Positions 16,236 to 21,945 of a stretch of 32,000 bases of DNA are shown one piece after another; the stretch's first letter is position 1, and each line of letters opens with the position of its first letter. The notes beneath the pieces were generated by a model that was given only the letters and a program-made list of their open reading frames with translations, had not been told where the DNA came from and made no database searches. Source of the stretch: Ferroglobus placidus DSM 10642 (GTDB taxonomy: Archaea; Halobacteriota; Archaeoglobi; Archaeoglobales; Archaeoglobaceae); contig NC_013849.1 of assembly GCF_000025505.1 (NCBI RefSeq), positions 90,001 through 122,000 on the forward strand. The letters are read 5' to 3'. The position numbers were made by a program, and so were the translations under genes.

Positions 16236-18932
16236 TCAAACCTTCCTGACATCGCAAGCTGTTTCGTTCCAGCACGTTGTCGGCTCCCATATTCCGGGAA
16301 CGAAGTAAGCTAAGTGAGTCGCTTTAACCCACGGGAACGTTAGCGTGTTATACGAAGCCCCTCTCAGATACCTGCTCCACCATCCCTGCTCGAAGATTAT
16401 GACTCGCGGATGGATTCCTGGATCGAGAACGGCATATCCGTAGACTTTTCCTCTGTCGTTGTAAACCTCCACGAGATCCCCCTCTTTGATGCCTTTCTCC
16501 TTCGCAGTTTCGGGATTCATCCATACTCTCGGTCTGAAGTCCTGTAACTCAAGCATCGTCAGGTTGTTGCTGTGGGTTGAGTGAACTCTGTAGAGAGCGT
16601 TTCTCGTCACGTAAGCGAATTTGTACTTGTTCTTAGCTTCTGGATTGACTTTGTACTCTGTGTCGACGAAGGGGTCTTTGTGAACTGGCAAAGTTTCTCC
16701 GAAGTCTATGAAAACGTCCTCTTCTTTGTAGAACTCAATTCTTCCACTCTTCACGAATCTGGCTGTCTTGGGGAGGGGCGCTGGATAAGATGGCGGAGGG
16801 AACGGCTTTTTCTCTTGAATCTGCTCCCAGAAGGGAATCTGTCTGTTGTTCGGGGCTGGAAGGTTTAGTCTAACTGCACCTTCTTTAAGAAGCCTTTCGA
16901 GGGTTATGTTCTTCGTGAACTCGTGCTTTCCGAGCATGAGCTCAGCAGCTTTCAGCGAAGCTTCGTTCGCTATTTCTCTAGCGAGCTTCAAGCTCCAGGT
17001 TCCGTTCTTTCTCGCTTCCTCTTCTCTTCTGAACAGCTCTGGATCTGGATAGAACTCTTCTATCTGTGCCTTAAGCTCTGGGTCGTCCCATCTTTCCACG
17101 AGTCTCTTCGCTATTTCTTTGAAAATCCATATCTCCGGCATGCACTCAAATAGCGGCTCTATGGCAGGTTGTTGAAGCTGCACGTAAGGGTGAAGTATCG
17201 TGGCGGTAAGTTCGTATTTCTCGTACCAAGCAACTCCTGGCAATACAACATCAGCCCACTTCGTTGATGTCGTCTGCTGGAAGTCTATGGCAACTATTAG
17301 TTCGAGCTCACCACTTTTAGCCATCTCTTTAAGCCTGTTAGCCATGTTATGCTGATCAAATGGGTTGTTCCATCCGAAAACGAAAGCTTTAACGTCGTTC
17401 TTCGGGTAAGGAGTTTCTCTGTTGTACTTCCTGAACTCTTCACTCTGCCTGTATTCTTTGTTTAACCAGAGCAAGAACGTAACCCAGTTTGGCTTTCTTC
17501 CCTTAAACGACCACCACATTCCAAGGGGCCATCTTATTTTGAACTGTCCGGCGTATGTGGAAATTCCAGCACCGGGCTTTCCTATGTTTCCGGTTAGAGC
17601 CACTATTAACGAGAGAGCTCTTCCCTTTAAGTCTCCGTGGAACCACTGGTAGTTGCTCGCTCCGTAGATAATGTGGAGGGGCTTTACCGTTCCCATCTCT
17701 CTGCCGAGTCTCTTAATTATCTCCACATACTCCTCCTTGCTTCTACCCGGTGGAGTTATGATCTCTGCAACTTTTTCCGGAGTGTAGTCTTTGTTCACGA
17801 GCTCTTTAACAAGCTGGAATACCGGTTTGACCTTAACTTTTCTCCCGTCAACGAGCTCTACTTCAAATTCACCCTCTAAAGCTGGTTCGAAATCTCTTTC
17901 GAGCGTCTCAGGATTCACTATTTTGAATCTCTTCTCCTTGACATCGTAAACAACGAAGAGATCTCTGTATTCCGGAATCTTCTCTTTCATTTTCTCAGCT
18001 TCGTCCTTAAGCTCTTTAATCTCGTAAGCTCTCAGTCTCTTCTGGTTATCAAGCCTCACAAGGAGCGGCAAATCCGTGTAGGTCTTTACGAAATCCTCGT
18101 CGTAGAGCTTCTCGTTTATTATGACGTTCACTATTCCGAGAGCTAAAGCAGCATCGGTAGATGGATTGATCTGAATCCACTCATCAGCTTTAGCGGCTGT
18201 TGGAGTGAAGTTCATATCTACCATGATTACTTTCGCTCCTCTCTCTTTGGCTATGCTCAGGAACTTTGCGTCTGGCAGCCTTGTAACGAGAATGTTTGAG
18301 CCGAAAATTGCTATGTACCTTGAATTCACCCACTCAAGCGACTCAAATTCTTCGGTTTGCACTCCGAAAGTTTGAGACCAGAAAGCCGGTAGATCTCCGT
18401 TCATCGTGTATCCGTGAAGAACGCTCCATCCAAACATCGAAGCAAGCCTTATTGCAGCTCCTTTGTGCACGTATCCGGTTCCTGGCACTTGTATCGATAA
18501 GGCAACGCTTTCCGGTCCGTATTTTTTCATAACTTCGGCAAGTTTGTCAGCCACGTAGTCCAAAGCTTCGTCCCAGCTAACGGCTTTAAACTTCCCTTCC
18601 CCTCTCTCCCCAACTCTTATGAGCGGTTTTTTGAGTCTGTCAGGTCCGTAGATGAGGTTGAGCATCGACTGCCCTTTCAAGCAACCTCTCGGATTGTATT
18701 CAGCCTCTGGATAATCCGCTGCCTGAATGAGCTGCACTATTCTCCCCTTGTAAACGTAGGCGTTGTAGGCACAAGCACCGGTGCAGTTCGGAGAACAAGT
18801 TGATCTGACGACTTTCAGCTCTTCGTCTCTTTTCTCCGCTGAAGTTGCAAGTTCGAAGTACTTGCTGCCGATTCCCGCTGATATCGCTGTTAAAGCGCAT
18901 ATTTTCACAAAATCCCTTCTCGTTACGTTCAT
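16236..18932 (-). CDS. Tat-exported bis-PGD molybdo/tungsto-enzyme catalytic subunit of the Nar-like (type II DMSO reductase) clade; candidate outward-facing nitrate/(per)chlorate reductase
   Basis: 898 aa with the Tat signal MNVTRRDFVKICALTA. The FS0 motif is C-SPN-C-TGA-C...PRGC (C-x3-C-x3-C-x(n)-C). Long stretches align by eye with E. coli NarG, including GDLPAFW...GSN (the NarG CDLPPAS Asp-ligand region) and VLPGVAWYEKYE (NarG ILPTATWYEKDD). Confidence 0.85.
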   Translation of the reverse strand: MNVTRRDFVKICALTAISAGIGSKYFELATSAEKRDEELKVVRSTCSPNCTGACAYNAYVYKGRIVQLIQAADYPEAEYNPRGCLKGQSMLNLIYGPDRLKKPLIRVGERGEGKFKAVSWDEALDYVADKLAEVMKKYGPESVALSIQVPGTGYVHKGAAIRLASMFGWSVLHGYTMNGDLPAFWSQTFGVQTEEFESLEWVNSRYIAIFGSNILVTRLPDAKFLSIAKERGAKVIMVDMNFTPTAAKADEWIQINPSTDAALALGIVNVIINEKLYDEDFVKTYTDLPLLVRLDNQKRLRAYEIKELKDEAEKMKEKIPEYRDLFVVYDVKEKRFKIVNPETLERDFEPALEGEFEVELVDGRKVKVKPVFQLVKELVNKDYTPEKVAEIITPPGRSKEEYVEIIKRLGREMGTVKPLHIIYGASNYQWFHGDLKGRALSLIVALTGNIGKPGAGISTYAGQFKIRWPLGMWWSFKGRKPNWVTFLLWLNKEYRQSEEFRKYNRETPYPKNDVKAFVFGWNNPFDQHNMANRLKEMAKSGELELIVAIDFQQTTSTKWADVVLPGVAWYEKYELTATILHPYVQLQQPAIEPLFECMPEIWIFKEIAKRLVERWDDPELKAQIEEFYPDPELFRREEEARKNGTWSLKLAREIANEASLKAAELMLGKHEFTKNITLERLLKEGAVRLNLPAPNNRQIPFWEQIQEKKPFPPPSYPAPLPKTARFVKSGRIEFYKEEDVFIDFGETLPVHKDPFVDTEYKVNPEAKNKYKFAYVTRNALYRVHSTHSNNLTMLELQDFRPRVWMNPETAKEKGIKEGDLVEVYNDRGKVYGYAVLDPGIHPRVIIFEQGWWSRYLRGASYNTLTFPWVKATHLAYFVPGIWEPTTCWNETACDVRKV

Positions 18933-18953
18933 TTGCGACCCCTCACCATTTAG

Positions 18954-18969
18954 CCCTAAACTTTTAGGG
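18954..18969. promoter_or_regulatory. Perfect palindrome CCCTAAA-CT-TTTAGGG, 21 nt upstream of the molybdoenzyme start codon; third copy of the CTAA-N4-TTAG box
   Basis: Read directly. The 12-nt core at 18956-18967 (CTAAACTTTTAG) matches the nos-region boxes (CTAAAATGTTAG) at 10 of 12 positions. Confidence 0.5.
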
Positions 18970-19171
18970 GTTTTTACGAAAAAAGTCGTATATCAGTATT
19001 TAAAATTTACGAAATTTCACGTATATTAAATAGCCAAGAACGTCCTCTGAAATGTTAATACGTGTGTAATCTTTAGTGTATAAAATATATTAAAATTAAT
19101 TTAAAATATGCTAAATAATCTGATAATAAGCTTAAATAAAATATTTTACAAAAAATAAAAATTTTAAATTT

Positions 19172-19564
19172 TTAGTCTGTTACGACTAAAACCCCTCTCA
19201 TTATCCAGTGTCCAAGTCCGGAGTTTGGATAAGGTTCTCCGCAGTAAATGTTACACCTTATTTCAAATGTACCGGTTTTGTTTGGAACAAACGTAACCTC
19301 TTTCCACTTCCCCGGCTCGACTATTTCGTTTATGCCGAAAGCAGCGATGTACAATCCGTGAGTGACATCGTCACTCGTGAATCTCAGCGTAACTTTTTCT
19401 CCTTTTTTCACTACAATTTTATTTGGCACGAACATCCACTGCTTTGCGTGCAGCTCTATTACGTTCTCTTCCTTAGCTTGGGATTTGTAGTACATTGGTC
19501 CTCCTATTATCGCCAGGACTCCGATTATTAGAAGGAGTAATGCTATGATGTCTCCGATCCTCAT
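19172..19564 (-). CDS. Membrane-anchored CuA-type cupredoxin (COX2-like domain) with expanded copper loop
   Basis: The true start is ATG 19562-19564 (MRIGDIIALLLLIIGVLAIIGG...). GGAGGTG lies 9 nt upstream, and there is an ATGA overlap with the upstream gene's stop. Ligand pattern: H69...C104-x3-C108-x10-H119-x2-M122. The longer ORF-track model (to 19888) overlaps the polyferredoxin gene. Confidence 0.75.
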   Translation of the reverse strand: MRIGDIIALLLLIIGVLAIIGGPMYYKSQAKEENVIELHAKQWMFVPNKIVVKKGEKVTLRFTSDDVTHGLYIAAFGINEIVEPGKWKEVTFVPNKTGTFEIRCNIYCGEPYPNSGLGHWIMRGVLVVTD

Positions 19565-21108
19565 AAGAACACACCTCCTCCGAGCCAGACGTGTATAACT
19601 ATCAAAGCGTAGCCCAATACCGCTGCCACTATTGGTATCGCTGCTCTTATCGCAGCTTTCTTGTCGTCGAACATTCTCAACGATATTTCGTGAGCTGCCC
19701 TCGTTGAGAAAACGACTCCAGCAACTATGAACGCCATCTGTATGTACGGAATTGCCCATGTGAAGTAGGGCTGCCATTTGAGATGAGCAGTCCCGAATAT
19801 GTCCCAGCCTAAGTTGAAGGGGTCTGAGAGAATTCTCAACACGTAGGAACCGTTGACGAGCAGGATGTAGATTGAGAAAGCTCCCCAAGCCATGAGGCTT
19901 ATTGGAACGAGGGCGTAGGAGAAGTTTATGAACACTCTCTTGAAGGACACATCCTTTCCGGAGAGCATCTTTGAGAGGTATGCGAAGGCTGCGAACAATG
20001 CTGGGGCTATGACGAGGGTTGAAACCAAGATTATCCCTAAGAATGTCAGGTAGTTCTGCAGCGAGAACGCTTCGATGAGTAGATTCGTCTTCTTGTCGAA
20101 GGGCACGTGAATTGCTTTACCGATTAACGGAGCAACTTTTCCGCCAAGAACGTTGGAGACTTCTCTCAACCATGGGTGTGCTCCTGCAAACACTATTGCA
20201 TAGAGGATAGCCAACGTAGCCATTATGAACGTCTTGTAAGCTTCGTCAAGCCCTCTCTTCTTTATTCCGTACCATGGATCCACGAATAGATCTTCTCCTC
20301 CTATTCTGAAGTTGACAGCTATGTTGTCGAAGGGACAAGTCTTGATACATTCGGTACACAAGCCGCAGTAGGCGTTTCTGTTTAAGTTCCCCGGATACTC
20401 GAACCACGGGCATCCATATCCTTTATCGTTTCCTCTTATACAATCCTTGTAGCCAACGTGCTTTATGCATGTCTCTCTGTTCTTCACTCTAAGCTCGAGG
20501 GTTGAAAACATCGAATACAGTCCGATGAATCCTGAAACCGGGCAGATGTACCTGCAGAACGCTCTTCCTCTGAATATCAGAAATACTATTATTGGTAGTA
20601 TTATGACAAGAATTATTAGCAAAATTCCTGAAACCCACGGTCTCGTGACGAGAATTCCTATGAAGCTTGAGACCATTAGGAATGAGGCGTTCTGTATCCA
20701 GATGTTGTCGAACTTCTTTGGCCATCTTTTTCCAAGTCCTATGGGTTTGTGTCTAACTCCGACAAACGTTCCTCGCTGAATCCACTCTCCCAACGCCGGA
20801 ATAGGGCAGACTTGACACCATATCCTTCCTCCGAAGGGGACGAGAACGAGCATCAGCGCTGCCCACCAAACAATCCACATTATCAGAATCGCCAAGTTGC
20901 TGTTACCCACTGGACTTCCGAAAAAGGCTGCATACATCAAAGCGACGAAGATTAAGAAGTTCGGGAATATCGCTATGAACTGATACGCTCGCAATTTGAA
21001 TAGCCATCGGATTATCGGAATTCTGAGCAGGTCGTATCTAAAGAAGTACTTCGCCTCTTCCTTAGCTGTTGCATCCTTAACCTCTTCACCAACTTCCGCC
21101 AACTTCAC
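19561..21108 (-). CDS. NosR/NapH-family integral membrane iron-sulfur protein (polyferredoxin) with extra C-terminal multi-TM domain
   Basis: 515 aa. CxxCP/Cx3CP motifs follow TM helices (WCQVCPIPALGEW, FCRYICPVSGF). It also has a ferredoxin motif (CGLCTECIKTCP) and a partial Cys group (C-x9-C-x9-CP). It lacks the N-terminal FMN-binding domain of NosR. The GTG start at 21108 comes immediately after AGGAGGTGA. Confidence 0.7.
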   Translation of the reverse strand: MKLAEVGEEVKDATAKEEAKYFFRYDLLRIPIIRWLFKLRAYQFIAIFPNFLIFVALMYAAFFGSPVGNSNLAILIMWIVWWAALMLVLVPFGGRIWCQVCPIPALGEWIQRGTFVGVRHKPIGLGKRWPKKFDNIWIQNASFLMVSSFIGILVTRPWVSGILLIILVIILPIIVFLIFRGRAFCRYICPVSGFIGLYSMFSTLELRVKNRETCIKHVGYKDCIRGNDKGYGCPWFEYPGNLNRNAYCGLCTECIKTCPFDNIAVNFRIGGEDLFVDPWYGIKKRGLDEAYKTFIMATLAILYAIVFAGAHPWLREVSNVLGGKVAPLIGKAIHVPFDKKTNLLIEAFSLQNYLTFLGIILVSTLVIAPALFAAFAYLSKMLSGKDVSFKRVFINFSYALVPISLMAWGAFSIYILLVNGSYVLRILSDPFNLGWDIFGTAHLKWQPYFTWAIPYIQMAFIVAGVVFSTRAAHEISLRMFDDKKAAIRAAIPIVAAVLGYALIVIHVWLGGGVFL

Positions 21109-21567
21109 TCACCTCCTTGCTATATAATATCCCGTCACAGCTATTCCGAGAATTATTGCAAAAAGAGAGACTCCTCTCTCTGGATTGTTCGGTTTCACTA
21201 TCAGCTTCCCTGTCATGAATGGATGGTAGGGTCCGCAGGTAACGTTGCACCTGTACGTGAAAACTCCCGGTTTATCTGCTACGAACTTTATCACTCTCTC
21301 CCTCGGCCAACCTTCTTTTGTTATTATCGCTGTACCTATGTCGTAACCTTCAATGAAAAGACCGTGGGATACATCAGCAGATTTCAATCGTATGATAACT
21401 GTGTCTCCTTGGTTTACCTCTATCACTGAAGGTTCGTACTCCCATTGTTTTGCAATTACCGTGAACTCCTTTGTCGTACCTTTTGGACTCGTGTTCTGAG
21501 CACTGGATATAGTCAGCACTGAAATTCCCAGCACCACCAGCGCAAGCAGAATTACTCCTGCTCTCAT
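21109..21567 (-). CDS. Exported, C-terminally membrane-anchored CuA-type cupredoxin (COX2-like domain)
   Basis: 152 aa with the signal MRAGVILLALVVLGISVLTISSA and the C-terminal TM segment GVSLFAIILGIAVTGYYIARR. It has a canonical CuA pattern: H68 (SHGLFIEG)...C107-x3-C111-x3-H115-x2-M118 (YRCNVTCGPYHPFM). By eye it aligns with ba3-oxidase subunit II. Confidence 0.8.
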   Translation of the reverse strand: MRAGVILLALVVLGISVLTISSAQNTSPKGTTKEFTVIAKQWEYEPSVIEVNQGDTVIIRLKSADVSHGLFIEGYDIGTAIITKEGWPRERVIKFVADKPGVFTYRCNVTCGPYHPFMTGKLIVKPNNPERGVSLFAIILGIAVTGYYIARR

Positions 21568-21626
21568 CTCAACACCACCGTTTATTTTCTTACAATTTTG
21601 CTCTAATATCTGTAAAAAACTAACAC

Positions 21627-21638
21627 CTAAAATGTTAG
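21627..21638. promoter_or_regulatory. CTAAAATGTTAG box, 7 nt from a TTTTTTA element oriented toward the cupredoxin operon
   Basis: The core is at 21627-21638. The A6 run at 21614-21619 is T6 on the minus strand. A GGTGGTG ribosome-binding site and ATG 21567 lie downstream on the minus strand. Confidence 0.5.
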
Positions 21639-21885
21639 GAGTCTTAGGCGATCTAAAATTTTTTGATATTATAATAATGTTATATCCTTTAGAGTATAGC
21701 TGAAGTCAATGTTGTTGATACTCTAATCTGAAAAATATTGGTGTCATCTTTTTTAATTCTTGTTAATCGATGCTACTAAGAATTTTTAGCTCTTTTTAGC
21801 ATAACAATCATTATGACGATTTTTGAAGTAGCGGGAATAGATTAATTTTTTAGGGAGCGCAACCAAAATTGCTGGTTTTCAACCA

Positions 21886-21897
21886 CTAAAATGTTAG
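21886..21897. promoter_or_regulatory. CTAAAATGTTAG box, 7 nt upstream of a TTTTTTAT element (probable TATA box) of the nosZ promoter
   Basis: The core is at 21886-21897 and T6A at 21905-21911. The GGTGA ribosome-binding site is at 21948-21952 and ATG at 21958. The 13-mer CTAAAATGTTAGG is identical to the copy at 21627-21639. Confidence 0.5.
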
Positions 21898-21945
21898 GGT
21901 ATCATTTTTTATTGTTACATTCGTTAATTCAATATATAACTGGTT

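Noticed and set aside
19030-19171. Extremely AT-rich stretch with recurring TAAAAT/TTAAAT words that at first looked like a repeat array or CRISPR leader
   Set aside because: There is no regular period and no conserved repeat unit or spacers. It fits a combined oligo-T terminator zone for the cupredoxin operon and upstream promoter DNA for the reductase operon.
19565-19888. N-terminal 108-codon extension of the ORF-track model 19172-19888 (MGSFLNLHPARQRF...)
   Set aside because: It lies entirely inside the strongly supported polyferredoxin gene in another frame and has an R/S-rich nonsense-like composition. The internal ATG 19564 has a GGAGGTG site 9 nt upstream, an ATGA stop/start overlap, and begins a proper TM anchor.
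21631-21702. Small ORFs beginning at the ATG inside each CTAAAATGTTAGG box (MLGVLGDLKFFDIIIMLYPLEYS from 21631; MLGYHFLL... from 21891)
   Set aside because: Only the first three codons are shared, because they are the repeat itself. There is no ribosome-binding site, and the second ORF runs into nosZ out of frame. The palindromic structure and fixed spacing to T6A are better explained by an operator.
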